Positions 1 to 12,236 of a stretch of DNA of 64,000 nt are shown here, in pieces. Numbering within the stretch: the first letter of the stretch is position 1; the number at the start of each line of letters is the position of its first letter. The translations under genes were made by a program, and so were the position numbers. This DNA is from Macrostomum lignano (Eukaryota), in assembly GCA_002269645.1 (NCBI GenBank), contig NIVC01002298.1, forward strand, positions 62,001 to 126,000. Reading direction: 5' to 3'. The notes beneath the pieces were generated by a model. It had not been told where the DNA came from and searched no databases. It worked only from the letters and a program-made list of their open reading frames with translations.

Positions 1-530
1 AAAAAATCCGCCCCTAAATCCGTCCCTAAAATCCGCCCCTAAAATCCACCCCTAAAAACTGCCTCTCAAATCCGTCCCTACAATCCGCTCTTAATTCCTC
101 CCCAGAAATAGCTACCCAAGACCCGCCCTTAATCCGCTCCAAAACTCCGCCCCCTAAATCCGCCTCTAAATCCGCTTCTAAACTCCGCCTCTAAAACCCG
201 CCCGTATAATCCGCTCCGAAATCCTACTCTAACCCCCCCCCCCTAAGATCCGCCTTTAAAAATCCACCCTAAAATCCGCCCCTAAAATCTGCCTCTCATA
301 TCCACCCCTAAAATCCCACTCCTAGTATCCGCCCCTAAAAATCCGCCCCTAAAAAATCTGCCCCTAAAAATCCGCCCCTAAAAATCCGCCTCTAAAAATC
401 CGCCCCTAAAAATGCGCCCCTAAAAATCCGCTCCTAAAAATCCGCTCCTAAAAATCCGCACTTAAATCCGCCCCCTAAGATCCGCCCTTATAATCCGCGT
501 CTAAATCTGCTCTAAAATCTGCCCCTCCCC
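1..530. repeat. Degenerate ~13-14 bp minisatellite (AAAATCCGCCCCT), intronic, upstream of the first visible TRPV exon
   Basis: Visible tandem AAAATCCGCCCCT/AAAAATCCGCCCCTA units; the last degenerate unit runs into the acceptor ...GCCCCTCCCCAG at 531-532. Confidence 0.9.
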
Positions 531-532
531 AG

Positions 533-3500
533 GCGAGCTGATCGAAGCGGCCAAGAAGTGCCAGACGGCCGAGGACTACCGCCTCCTGGACGAGCGCATC
601 AAGCACGAGATGGGGCTGTTCCTTTATAACAACGGCGAGGGCAAGAAAGTGCACGTGTCCGAGCTGGTCAAGTATCGAACTCGGGACGGCAATCCGCCAC
701 TGGCGAAGTCCCCGGCCGGCCGGCACGGAAGGAGGTCGACCCCAACTGGCAACAATGTCTACCCCATGCTGGACATTGTCCACGCCGATACCGACGCCAC
801 GGGAACTTGCGTCAGCGGCGGTGGCGGCGGCGGCGGCACCAACCCGGAGGTTGACAACGGCTACAGGGACGTCTGCTGGGACCTGGAGCAGCGGGGCGCG
901 GTGGGCGAGACCTGCCTGCACCTGTGCTTCCTGAATGCCACGCCGATTCACATGGATGTAGCCAGGAGGATCATCGAGTTTTATCCCAAGGTGGTCAACG
1001 ACATCTACCTGCTGGACGTGTACTACGGCGAGGCTGTGCTGCACATCGCCATCTCCAACGAGGACCCGGTGATGGTGAAGTTCCTGCTGGATCACGGGGC
1101 CAACATTCACCAGCGCTGCTTTGGCACCTTCTTCGGCTGCGAGGATCAGAAGGACCAGAGAATCAGCTACCTGGATGACGAGTACCTGGACCTGAAGGTG
1201 GACACCAACTATGAGGGGTGAGCGGCTGGGAATTCTCTGCGGAGTTTCCAGGCTGGTAGAATTCTGCGATCAGGGAATTAATCCTGGAATTCTCTGCTTC
1301 TGCAAGGGAAGTTCTGTGTTGGGGCAAGGGGAATTCTGTGTTGAGGCAAGGGGAATTCTGTGTTGGGGCAAGGGGAATTCTGTTTTGAGGCAAGGGAATT
1401 CTGTTGAGGCAAGAGGAATTCTGTTTTGGGGCAAGGGGAATTCTGTTGAGGCAAGAGGAATTCTGTGTTGGGGCAAGGGGAATTCTGTGCTGGGGCAAGG
1501 GGAATTCTGTGTTGGGGCAAGGGGGATTCTGTGTTGAGGCAAGGGGAATTCTGTGTTGAGGCAAGGGGAATTCTGTGTTGGGGCAAGGGGAATTCTGTGT
1601 TGGGGCAAGGGGAATTCTGTGTTGGGGCAAGGGGAATTCTGTGTTGAGGCAAGGGAATTCTGTGTTGGGGCAAGGGGGATTCTGTGTTGAGGCAAGGGGA
1701 ATTCTGTGTTGAGGCAAGGGGAATTCTGTGTTGGGGCAAGGGGAATTCTGTGTTGGGGCAAGGGGAATTCTGTGTTGGGGCAAAGGGAACTCTGTGCAAG
1801 GACTAAGGGAATTATTTTTTTAAAGGAACTCCTACTGACGGATAAAGGCATGTCTGAGAGAATTCCTCTACAAGTTGGGAGAATTTTTACCGAATTTAAA
1901 TGCCAAGGAAATTCACTTTAGTATCAGGAAATTCCATGCTCTAAAAAGAGGATTCTACAGCTTCTCTCTCCTACTCCGCAGCCACGTGTACTGGGGGGAA
2001 TACCCCCTGAGCTTCGCCGCCTGCTGTGGCCAGGAGCAGTGCGTGCGGCTGCTGCTTTCGCGGAACGCCGACCCCAACAGGCAGGACACCAACGGCAACA
2101 CCGTGCTGCATATCCTGGTCATCCACCAGCCCAACATGAACTTGAAAATGGCGCAGAAACTCTTCATCCTGCTGGCGAACAAGCAGGCGCGGCTGGACAT
2201 CAAGAATAACCAGGGACTCACGCCACTCACTCTGGCCGCCAAGCTGGGGCGGATGGAGGTGGGTGACAGAGTGACGGGGTGACAGAGTGACGGGGTGACA
2301 GAGTGACGGGGTGACAGAGTGACGGGGTGACAGAGTGACGGGGTGACAGAGTGACGGGGTGACAGAGTGACGGGGTGACAGAGTGACGGGGTGACAGAGT
2401 GACGGGGTGACAGAGTGACGGGGTGACAGAGTGACGGGGTGACAGAGTGACGGGGTGACAGAGTGACAGGTGACAGGTTTGAGGTAGTAACCAATATTCC
2501 TATTTGTAAAATTAGTCCACAGCTTTGCATATCCTACTAAAAGTAGGTGAATAAAAATGTAAGCAGGCAAAATCCCAACCCGCCCCAGATGCACAACCTC
2601 ATCCTCATGCTCGACCGCGAAGTCCGCTGGCACTACGGCGATGTGATGTGCGTGGCTCATCCGCTGACTGAGCTGGACACCATCAGGCAGGACGGCTCCA
2701 TCAACAAGGACTCCTCGCTGATCTACATCGCATTCGGGGTGAGAGACATCTTCGATACCCTCTGAGCCCGTAGAAATTTTTTATCCCATATTCCACGGCC
2801 GTCTTTGATTCCATGAACACCTTTGATGCCATAGACACCTATGATCCCATAGACACCCTTGATCCCATAGAAACCTTTGATCCCATAGACACCTTTGATC
2901 CTATAGACAACTTTGATCCCATAGACACCTTTGATCCCATAGACAACTTTGATCCCATAGACACCCTTGATCCCATAGACACTTTTGATCCCATAGACAC
3001 CTTTGATCCTATAGACAATTTTGATCCCATAGACACCCTTAATCCCATAGACACCTTTGATCCCATAGACTCATTTGATCCCATAAACACATTTGATCCC
3101 ATAGACACCTTTGATCCCATAGACACCTTTGATCCCATAGACTCCTTTGATCCCATAAACACCTTTGATCCCATAGACACCTCTGATCCCATAGACACAT
3201 TTGATCCCATAGACTCCTTTGATACCATTGACACCTTTGATCCCATGGGCACATTTGATCCCATAGACTCCTTTGATACCATAGACACCTTTGATACCAT
3301 AGACTCCTTTGATCCCATAGACTCCTTTGATCCCATAGACTCCTTTGATCCCATAAACACCTTTGATCCCATATACACCTTTGATCCCATAGACTCCTTT
3401 GATCCCATAAACACCTTTGATCTCATAGACAACTCTGATCCCATAGACTCCTTTGATCCCATAAACACCTTTGATCTCATAGACACCTCTGATCCCATAG

Positions 3501-5029
3501 ACTCATTTGATCCCATAAACACCTTTGATCTCATAGACACCTCTGATCCCATAGACACATTTGATCCCATAGACTCCTTTGATACCATTGACACCTTTGA
3601 TCCCATAGACACATTTGATCTCATAGACTCCTTTGATACCATGGACACATTTGATCCCCAAAGATCCTTCCCCGAATCATTTCACATTCACATTTCACCT
3701 TTGATCCCATGGACACCTTTGATCCCATAGACACCTTTGATCCCATAGACACCTTTGATACCATAGACTCCTTTGATCCCATAGACTCCTTTGATCCCAT
3801 AGACACCTTTGATCGCATAGACACCTTTGAACCCATAGACACCTTTGATCCTATAGACACCTTTGAACCCATAGACGCCTTTGATCCCAGAGACACCTTT
3901 GATCCCATGGACACATTTGATCCCCAAAGATCCTATCCACCAATCATTTCACATTCCAATGTGCTGCTCCTAAATTTCCTTTCCTTGCATACCCGTGTAA
4001 TATTCCATTTTAGTCTAAGATCGAGCACCTCAACATGCTGGACGGAGTGGTGGTTCGCCTCCTGGAAAGGAAGTGGGAGACTTATGTGCGCAGACGGTAA
4101 GGCTCTGTGGCAGAGACAGGGGAGATGAGAAATGGGGAGATGGGAAATGGGGAGATGGGAAATGGGAAGATGGGCAATGAGGAGATGGGAAATCAGAAGA
4201 TGGACAATGGGGAGATCGAAAACGGGGAAATGGGGAGATGGGAAATGGGGAGATGAGAAATGTGGAGATGGGAAATGGGGAGATGGGAAATGGGGAGATG
4301 GGAAATAGGGAGATGGGCAATGGGGAGATCGAAAATGAGGAAATGGGAAATGAGAAGATGAAAAATGGGGAGATGGGCAATGAGGAGATGGGAAATGGGA
4401 CATGGAAGATCGGGAGATACGAGGATGGGAAAACTCGACCTCTAAGACTCGATTCCACTTGCATCCGCAGCTTCTTCCGCATGTTCTTCTCCTTCGCCGC
4501 CTATTTCGTGTTTTTCTTGACGGTGTTTCTGCTGCGGCCCGGCACGGACCGATACCCGAAGTCGATGGCGACCAACACCACCCTGGCCAACGGCACTGTG
4601 GTGACCACGGTGACCACGGTGAAGAGCAAATGCTACCTGCTGGCCACCCCCGACTGGGAGAGCTACGTGGGTTATTCTTGAAGTTCATTTTGTGTTTTTT
4701 AATCCATCGAAGTAAAGTTTGTTGCTTTTGAAATATTTTTTTCCGTATAATTTTAGCTTCGACTCGTATGTGAATGCATTGTGGTAGTCATGGCAACCAC
4801 TAATTTATGCTTCGTAACTAGGGACATCTATTACCAGGGCTTTCGAATCTACCTGATGATGCTGGTGAGTGCGGGGAGAGGGTTGATTGATGGAGGGAAT
4901 TTAATTTCATCTGAGACTCTGTAGCAAAAAATGGGAGAGAGTTGAGGGAAGAAACGAGTATTTTGATAGAAGTAGATGTCAGAATAGACAGTGGAGTAGA
5001 GAAAGCAGCCGGAGAGAGAGTAGAGAAGG

Positions 5030-5060
<31 letters not shown>

Positions 5061-8000
5061 TGAGAGAGAGAGAGAGAGTGAGAGAGAGAAAGAGAGAGTA
5101 GAGAAGGTAGATGGAGAGAGAGAGAGTAGAGAGGGTAGATGGAGAGAGTAGAGAAGGTAGATGGAGAGAGAGAGAGTAGAGAGGGTAGATGGAGAGAGTA
5201 GAGAAGGTAGATGGAGAGAGAGAGTAGAGAGGGTAGATGGAGAGAGTAGAGAAGGTAGATGGAGAGAGAGAGAGAGTAGAGAGGGTAGATGGAGAGAGTA
5301 CAGAAGGTAGAAGATAGAGAAAATAGACAGGGGCAGGAGTGCAGGCAGACAGGGGCAGGAGTGCAGGCAGACAGGGGCAGGAGTGCAGACAGACAGGGGC
5401 AGGAGTGCAGGCAGACAGGGGCAGGAGTGCAGGCAGACAGGGGCAGGAGTGCAGGCAGACAGGGGCAGGAGTGCAGGCAGACAGGGGCAAACTGCACCAC
5501 TCTGACAAGTCACCCTTCACACTCTGCAATGTTCGCAGAAAGCCACCCCCATGAGGTGCCTGTACCAGACCTCCTGCATCCTTGTGGTTGCCATGGTGCC
5601 CTGCCGGGCGGCCTGCGAGTCGCAGGTAGAAGACTACATCGCCGTCTTCGCCATCCTGTTCACGGCTCCGTACTTCCTGTTCTTCTGCCGCGGTTTCAAG
5701 ATTGTCGGACCCTTCGTGCTGATGATCTACCGGATGGTTGTCGGCGACCTGCTGCGCTTCTGCACCATCTACATCATCTTCATGATGGGCTTCTCGCAGG
5801 GTGAGTCTGGAAGAAGTGTACAATGTATGTTGTGGAGTCAGTCACGTGACTGATTAACCATGCCAAACCATGAGCAACATCCCTGATCTCTCCTCAACTC
5901 AGCTATGTTCATCGTGTTCCGCCGAGTCGATGCCAGCATCTTCCACGACCCCGGCGAGGCCCTGATGGGAATGTTCATCATGTCGCTGGGCGAGTTCGCC
6001 GAGATCTACGAGCAGTTCGACTGCTCATCGCACAGCAGCATGGGAAAGGTGAGCAACCTGCTCTGAAAGTCTTTAGCATTCTTTGAGCATACCAAAAGTG
6101 CAAGGCAAGCAATTCAATGTTTTTTCTACCATTCCAACCGCACAGTTCCTTTTCGTGGTGTACATGATCCTCGTGACGCTGCTTCTAGTGAACATGCTCA
6201 TTGCCATGATGGGGCATACCTTCGAGGCTGTCAATGAGACCCAGAAGGAATGGCTCCGTCAGGTGAGTTTAGTGCACTGTCGCCAGTATAAAAGCGTAAA
6301 TGTTGTCTAAAATTTTCTATCAATATTTAGATAGTCCTACTTACAGTAGATGGATTGTGCATGAAAAAGAGCACGCAGAGCTTGCATGAATAAACGGGGG
6401 ATTCGTTTAGAATGTTCATGCGTACATTGTTAGTCGGCCGTCAGTGGGGAATGTACATAGGGTAAACTGAGAAGAGAGAGAGAGAAAGGCAGGGTGGACA
6501 GTGACACTGTCAAGGCCTGCAGAATCGGACCACTCCGTACGTGCACCCTGAAGCAGAAACACAACTATTCTTGGTCCGTGGCTGCCCAACCTTGCCCTTG
6601 ATCTGTTATTTCACAACTCTATTATGCTATATAAGTTGAAGAATTGAATCAGCCTCAAAAGTGATCCGTTGAAAGTCTGTTTTGAGCTGAGTTCAACAAT
6701 CGCAAATAGCCATGGATCCGATGGCAGGCCTGGAGAATGCTCCAATGTCGGAGAAGTTATTCGCCTACATCCTGGTGAACTACCGCTGGGTGTTCGTGCT
6801 GCTCTTCCTGCTACCCCTGTCGCTGCTGTACGACGCATTCTTCTACGTGCGCAACAAAATCATTTTTCGATTGCGCAGCGCGCCCCGACAGCACGACGCT
6901 CGGGTGAAGGATGTGCAACGTCAGATCACAGCCTGGGCGGCCAGCGGCGGTCGGCAAAAGCTGTGCACCGCGCGCCCCGGCTGGCAGAACATGTCCTTTC
7001 GCAGGGGCAAATACAAGAAGACACACTACAATGTCAACGTCAATCTTATTGACATCTTGGAGGTGAATCCGAACTCCAGGACAGTCCGCTGCGAGCCGAT
7101 GGTGTCCATGGGCCAGCTGACGGCCACGCTGCTGCCCCTTGGCTGGACAATTCCCATCGTGCCAGAGCTGGACGACCTCACCGTCGGTGGCTTAGTCATG
7201 GGCACCGGCGTGGAGACTTCGTCGCACGCACACGGCCTCTTCCAGCACATCTGTGAGAGCTACGAACTAGTACTGGCCGACGGCAGTGTGGTCACTTGCA
7301 GCGCAACGGAGAACTCCGATTTGTTCTACGCTGTACCCTGGTCCTACGGCACTCTCGGCTTCCTCGTGTCCGCCACTATCCGCCTGATTCCGGCGCACTC
7401 TTTCGTCCGGCTCACCTACATCCCCTGCCATTCGCTAGAGGAGCTCTCCAAGACCTTTGCCGATGAGTCGGCCAAGCGCGAAGAGAATGACTTCGTCGAG
7501 GGCCTGGTATACTCAGCGGAGTCCGGCGTAGTCATGGTGGGCAAGTCCACCAACCAGGCTGACCCGGATCGCATCAACCGCATCGGGGACTACTGGAAGC
7601 CCTGGTTCTTCAAGCACGTCGAGCAGTTCCTCAAGACCGGTGGCGGAGTTGAGTTCATCCCCACAAGGCACTACTATCACAGGCATTCGCGCAGCATCTT
7701 CTGGCAGATGCAGGACATTGTACCGTTTGGAAACCACCCGATTTTCCGCTACCTGCTTGGCTGGGCCGTGCCGCCCAAGGTGTCCCTGATGAAGCTCACC
7801 CAAGGCGAGACGGTAAAGAAGATGTACGAAACTCATCAGATCATCCAGGACATGCTGGTGCCGATCACCGACCTGGCTGGTGCCATCAAGGTGTTCCACC
7901 GCGAGATCAACATGTACCCACTGTGGCTGTGTCCCTTCTACTTGCCCGATAATCCCGGCATGCTGCGACCCCGCGACGACCGCTCTCAGATGTACGTTGA

Positions 8001-9834
8001 CATCGGGGCCTACGGTGCGCCCAAGAACCCGGAGTACAAGGCTGAGGCCACAACGCGTAGGCTGGAGGCCTACGTGCGCGAGGTTCGCGGCTTCCAGATG
8101 CTCTACGCCGACACCTTCATGACCGAGTCCGAGTTCGAGGCTATGTTCGACCATCGGCTATACGACCGGCTGCGCGACAAGCTGGCTCGAACCAAGGACG
8201 CTTTTCCTCGCGTCTATGACAAGATCAATCGAAGTGCTCGAGACTGAGTTTAGCGGGAGACCAGCCGCTAACCTGAGCATCATCTTCCGTCCTGATCAAG
8301 TCGGTCTTGGACGGCGGAGTCTTTTAGTCTCAAAATTATTAACTTTTTTGCACAACTTCTGTTTTAATTTCGGTTGCTACAATTTATTTAGTTTTTGCAT
8401 GCTAGGATTATCTGATATTCTTGATTTGATATTGATGGACTTACTAACAAGGATTGTTGGTTGTTGTTGCTGTCTGGTTTTTAGTGGCAAAAAAATTCAT
8501 AAATAAATTTCTAAGCAGGTAGCTCTAAAGCATAATTTTGGTTCGTCAACATCTTACGGGACTTATAAAAAATGGGCGCATTCAGCTTATGTGCAGCAAA
8601 TTGTGTTTGGCCAAATGGGTTACACACCGGTAACTAAGCGGGTTAAACACCGGTGACTAAGCGGGTTACACACCGGTAACTAAGCGGGTTACACACCGGT
8701 GACTAAGCGGGTTTAACACCGGTGACTAAGCGGGTTAAACACCGGTGACTAAGCGGGTTTAACACCGGTAACTAAGCGGTTTACACCTGTGACTAACTGG
8801 TTTACACCTGTTACTAAAAGGTCTATGCATCAGTGGGGGGGGGTAACTAAACAAGTTACACCTGGAAATGAAAGGATTACACCTGCGTCTAACCTTGTAC
8901 CTTGAACATTCCAATCGAAACAAATACGTATATTGCAATCTCAACGCTGTCCCATCTATCCAACAACAGTGGGCCCGGATTCTGCTGGTAGTGGAGCAGA
9001 CCTTCACTCGGCAGGAGTGCCAGGCACACCAGGAGAGCTACTCCCAGCTGCTGCAAGACGGCCGTCGTGCTCTGGTAGTGCGCTGGAAAAGCGAGGTGAG
9101 ACTCTGATGACATCTTGAGCACACGCTGCACACCCTTTTCAACAGGCATTGGAAACCCGAACTGACGTGGTCGCGTGAAAATCGCCACTGTACCGGCAAG
9201 CACACCCTTGCCCTTTGAACACCTGTGGGCCCAGGTACACCCAAGTTGACTGAATTTAGAGACACTCCGTGCCAGGTGCAAAGTTCAAATAATAAATAGA
9301 ACCACGTAACAAAATTACACCGCAAAAATTAATCAAAGTCTACGCTGACAATTGACAGAGAGCTTATCAGCGATGGCAAATTACTTGCACGTGACTGCTT
9401 AAAATCTGACCATACTGCTGCAAGTAGAGCAGTTTGGATAAGTGAAACATTTTAAACAGACCCACCCGAAGGTTACTGCGATATCGAATTTCTCATCGCG
9501 GAGTGCGCTGGGTGGCAGATTTCAGTAATTAAAAGCCGATCTCCGGCCGGCAGTGATTGACGGCACGTGCTGCTCAGGCTTTGCTGGGGAGTTGCTAGAG
9601 AGATTACCTGGATTAGCTAATCCCCAGAATCACCTCTGCTTGTTGCAGGACGACGAGAACAACAACTTGCTGGGCCGGAAGAGGCGCGTAGTTTCTGCCG
9701 AGCAGAAGATCGTGGAGGATCAGGAGCTCCGACGCGAGATGGAGACGTCGCTGATGAATCAGTCTGCTGCGACAAGCGGCGAGGAGCGAGCAGCCGCCAC
9801 CGAGGCTGGGAGCAGCACACCGGTGCAGTGCTGA
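533..9834 (+). CDS. nan: TRPV cation channel, Nanchung/OCR subfamily (5'-truncated; 11 exons in window)
   Basis: Exons 533-1217, 1982-2258, 2589-2738, 4014-4096, 4471-4666, 4757-4864, 5539-5800, 5903-6048, 6146-6262, 8970-9095, 9649-9834. All junctions are GT-AG with compatible phases. The spliced protein has ankyrin repeats ([78 protein letters not shown]), TM segments ([33 protein letters not shown]), pore/S6 ([21 protein letters not shown]) and TRP-box region [14 protein letters not shown]. These motifs match my recollection of Drosophila Nanchung better than Inactive/OSM-9. Confidence 0.93.
1300..1800. repeat. 22-bp G-rich minisatellite (GGGGCAAGGGGAATTCTGTGTT) in TRPV intron 1218-1981
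   Basis: Directly visible tandem units; explains the overlapping repetitive ORFs at 1163-1851. Confidence 0.95.
2262..2475. repeat. 16-bp minisatellite (GTGACGGGGTGACAGA), ~13 copies, starting at the TRPV donor 2259
   Basis: Near-perfect tandem units immediately after GAG|GTGGGT. Confidence 0.95.
2815..3930. repeat. 18-bp minisatellite (GATCCCATAGACACCTTT) in TRPV intron 2739-4013
   Basis: Tandem 18-mers give DPIDTF/SMGSKV pseudo-ORFs; a related interruption (GATCCCCAAAGATCC...AATCATTTCACATTC) occurs at ~3654 and ~3920. Confidence 0.95.
4125..4430. repeat. ~15-bp purine-rich minisatellite (GGGAGATGGGAAATG) in TRPV intron 4097-4470
   Basis: Visible tandem units. Confidence 0.9.
5030..5300. 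repeat. (GA)n plus GAGAGTAGAGAAGGTAGATG-type purine repeat
   Basis: Visible low-complexity purine tract in TRPV intron 4865-5538. Confidence 0.9.
5325..5490. repeat. 22-bp minisatellite (ACAGGGGCAGGAGTGCAGGCAG)
   Basis: About 7 near-identical tandem units. Confidence 0.9.
6628..6635 (+). promoter_or_regulatory. Candidate TATA box (TATATAAG) for the nested DHCR24
   Basis: Consensus-like TATA ~85 nt upstream of ATG 6712; motif only, no transcript evidence. Confidence 0.3.
6712..8247 (+). CDS. DHCR24: Delta(24)-sterol reductase (DHCR24/seladin-1/diminuto-like), intronless, nested in TRPV intron 6263-8969
   Basis: Uninterrupted 511-aa ORF with an N-terminal hydrophobic segment ([15 protein letters not shown]), FAD-binding motifs ([68 protein letters not shown]) and C-terminal [51 protein letters not shown]. 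An alternative start is Met at 6745. Confidence 0.96.
   Translation: MDPMAGLENAPMSEKLFAYILVNYRWVFVLLFLLPLSLLYDAFFYVRNKIIFRLRSAPRQHDARVKDVQRQITAWAASGGRQKLCTARPGWQNMSFRRGKYKKTHYNVNVNLIDILEVNPNSRTVRCEPMVSMGQLTATLLPLGWTIPIVPELDDLTVGGLVMGTGVETSSHAHGLFQHICESYELVLADGSVVTCSATENSDLFYAVPWSYGTLGFLVSATIRLIPAHSFVRLTYIPCHSLEELSKTFADESAKREENDFVEGLVYSAESGVVMVGKSTNQADPDRINRIGDYWKPWFFKHVEQFLKTGGGVEFIPTRHYYHRHSRSIFWQMQDIVPFGNHPIFRYLLGWAVPPKVSLMKLTQGETVKKMYETHQIIQDMLVPITDLAGAIKVFHREINMYPLWLCPFYLPDNPGMLRPRDDRSQMYVDIGAYGAPKNPEYKAEATTRRLEAYVREVRGFQMLYADTFMTESEFEAMFDHRLYDRLRDKLARTKDAFPRVYDKINRSARD
8502..8507 (+). terminator. Candidate polyadenylation signal AATAAA for DHCR24
   Basis: AATAAA ~255 nt after the stop, following a U-rich 3'UTR-like stretch. 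Confidence 0.4.
8620..8780. repeat. 23-bp minisatellite (CCGGTGACTAAGCGGGTTAAACA)
   Basis: CCGG recurs at 8627, 8650 and onward; about 7 units. Confidence 0.9.
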
Positions 9835-9947
9835 CTGCAAATGAAATCTTAGCAACTGGTCTTATGGACTGTAGAGCACAGCGAACTTTATTACTTCGTT
9901 TAATTTGGACCTTTCAAGAGAATAATGGTAACATTTTTTAGTTCGAG

Positions 9948-9953
9948 AATAAA
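9948..9953 (+). terminator. Candidate polyadenylation signal AATAAA for the TRPV gene
   Basis: AATAAA 114 nt after the stop at 9834. Confidence 0.4.
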
Positions 9954-10009
9954 AATTTGGAGGTGTTCTGGTATATTGTATGATAGAGAATCGACTCACT
10001 CAACTCTCC

Positions 10010-10320
10010 TCTCTTCTACTATGCGCTACTCTCCCGACTCTACTCTCCTCAACACTATTCTACTCTCCCGAATCTACTCTCCTCTCCTCTCCTCTTCTCT
10101 CCTCCACTATACTCTACTCTACTATCTCTACTCTCCTTTCCTCTACTCTACTCTACACTACTCTACTCTACTCTACTCTACTCTACTCTACTCTACTCTA
10201 CTCTACTCTACTCTACTCTACTCTACTCTACTCTACTCTACTCTACTCTACTCTACTCTACTCTACTCTACTCTACTCTACTCTACTCTATTCTACTCTA
10301 CTCTACTCTTATTCTCCTCC
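10010..10320. repeat. (CTCTA)n pentanucleotide microsatellite
   Basis: Perfect core ~10140-10310 with degenerate flanks. Confidence 0.95.
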
Positions 10321-12008
10321 TCTCCTCTCTTTTCTTCTCCTCTATATTAGTCTTGGGCACAGCAGCATTCAGCAAATAAAATTGCTTGCCTTCAACTGGA
10401 AACAATTGACGAAAAGCAACTGAGCCGGTACAGAAAACTGGATATTTGAAAAACTAGATACTATCGCTATATTCAGCGGATCCGATCAGCTTGGCTGCGA
10501 CTCAAGATCAAAGGACTCAATCGGCAGTTTATTGTATCAGTTAGTTCGTCCCGCTACTCATGCAGCGAGCATTCAAATAAAACAATTTTTTTGCTTGCTC
10601 ACAAATTCTTTTTGTTGAATCTTTTGTTACAAAATATAAAAAGGACTAAGCCGTTATTTGTTTGCCCACTTTGCATACGGGACTGAACTATCTATCCATT
10701 GGCAGTACAAGATTCCATAAATTTATGAGCCTATCCTATAGGAAGCGCTCCCATATCCTACAGATTAAAAACTTGCTCAACGAGTTCGGGCTGCTTTTTG
10801 CATTCGAGTCCACCCAGGCATTGACCCCCCCCCCTCTCAATTCTCTCATCGAAGCTCTCGCTGAAATGTTTTCTTTAAAAAAGCTAAGCAAGCCGCATTG
10901 AGAATGCACTCAGCAATTCCCATTGTGCTTGGAGAGGATGCAGAAATTTGCAGGGCGCCGCGACACGCATGGGGTCCGTCTGTGTCTATACAGGCGCTTT
11001 GAGTTGAGTTTGAAAATACCCCCCCCCCCCGACCGCTTGGAGACTTCTCATGCGAGACTTTGCTGCAGTCTCCCGTCGGCATGTGTTCTTCACCTGCAGG
11101 AGGCTGGCGGGGCTGGCGGGGCTTCACACCTGACTGCCTGGCAATCCATGGAGCTCCAGTGAGGTGGAACAGCTTCCAGCAGCCAACGCAGCCTCATCAT
11201 TGTTATTGTGCTGCAGGCCCACACGCTGGGACCTGGGCAGCTGGCACTGCAAGCAGTGTTGCCAACGCGAGTTCTACTGTGCTGGATTACGTGCTCAAGG
11301 CCGCCCGCTGATAGTTTATGTCGATGCTCACAATCTAAGCATAGTTTGCAGACTGAGACTGGCATTGTTGCCTATTTCCACGTCCCCTGCATTGCATCAG
11401 CGTCCTGAGCAGAGCCTTTGTTTGAGCTACCACTGGGATTTATGAATTTTCTTGCTACTGATGCAGTCTCGATGGCAGATTAATCGGAGTTAATTCAGTC
11501 AAATAAGTCATACTTTTTAAAAATATTTTCTGAAAAAATAGGACTTGAATAATTAAGACGCAAATATTTATCATATGCACACTCGTTCTACTTAGCTAAG
11601 TAGGCAACAAGAATGTCAGCTCGCATTGAAGATTATCAACTGCTCATTAAAGTTAGCCAAACGCAATAGCAGGGGATTCCCCATTCAGTTCAGGCCACAA
11701 CATTACCGCCTGGAAAACATTCTCTCTCTTGCCCCGGCCCCCTTCCAATGTACATGCAGATTCAGCGGCGGCCTGGGGTTGGCTCGCTGCCCCTTGCCCA
11801 ATTTGAGTGAATCACTCATGACAGTAAAGAAAATTGGTTGGGGAGTCGGGGTTGGCTGTCGGTGGGGTGGGGGCTCAGCCCGGGAATGGGGGAGGGTGGC
11901 TGCACGCTCGCTTATCGAGAGAGGCGTGCGCGCTGGCTGGACAATTTTTGTTTATGCACTCCGCGTGTATACACTGCCCGCGTTGCACACACCAACGCTC
12001 CAGGAGAA

Positions 12009-12015
12009 TATAAAG
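12009..12015 (+). promoter_or_regulatory. Candidate TATA box (TATAAAG) of the LMO gene
   Basis: TATAAAG after a CpG-rich stretch (11900-12000), ~230 nt upstream of ATG 12237; motif only. Confidence 0.4.
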
Positions 12016-12236
12016 GGCTTGTCGGGGACACCGGACCAGCGACTAGAGAAGACAGCGAGCTAAGACTTATCTGTTCTGTTTTGTTTATCGGAATTGGCTG
12101 AAGAGCCCCCCTCCGGGTTTGATCGCTTGATATAGATTAGCTGAGAATTACACAAGCCAGCCAGACCCAATTTAGCGAGACCAATTTAATCCGTCTGGTT
12201 CCTGCGATTTATCTAATTATAAAATTTTAATTAAAA

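Noticed and set aside
1163-1851. Multiple ~110-200 aa ORFs on both strands
   Set aside because: Translations of the 22-bp intronic minisatellite; the TRPV exons splice cleanly around it.
2813-3730. 305-aa DPIDTF-repeat ORF, resembling a repetitive adhesive or ice-binding protein
   Set aside because: An in-frame 18-bp unit inside a phase-compatible GT-AG intron; also open on the opposite strand; no signal peptide or unique domain.
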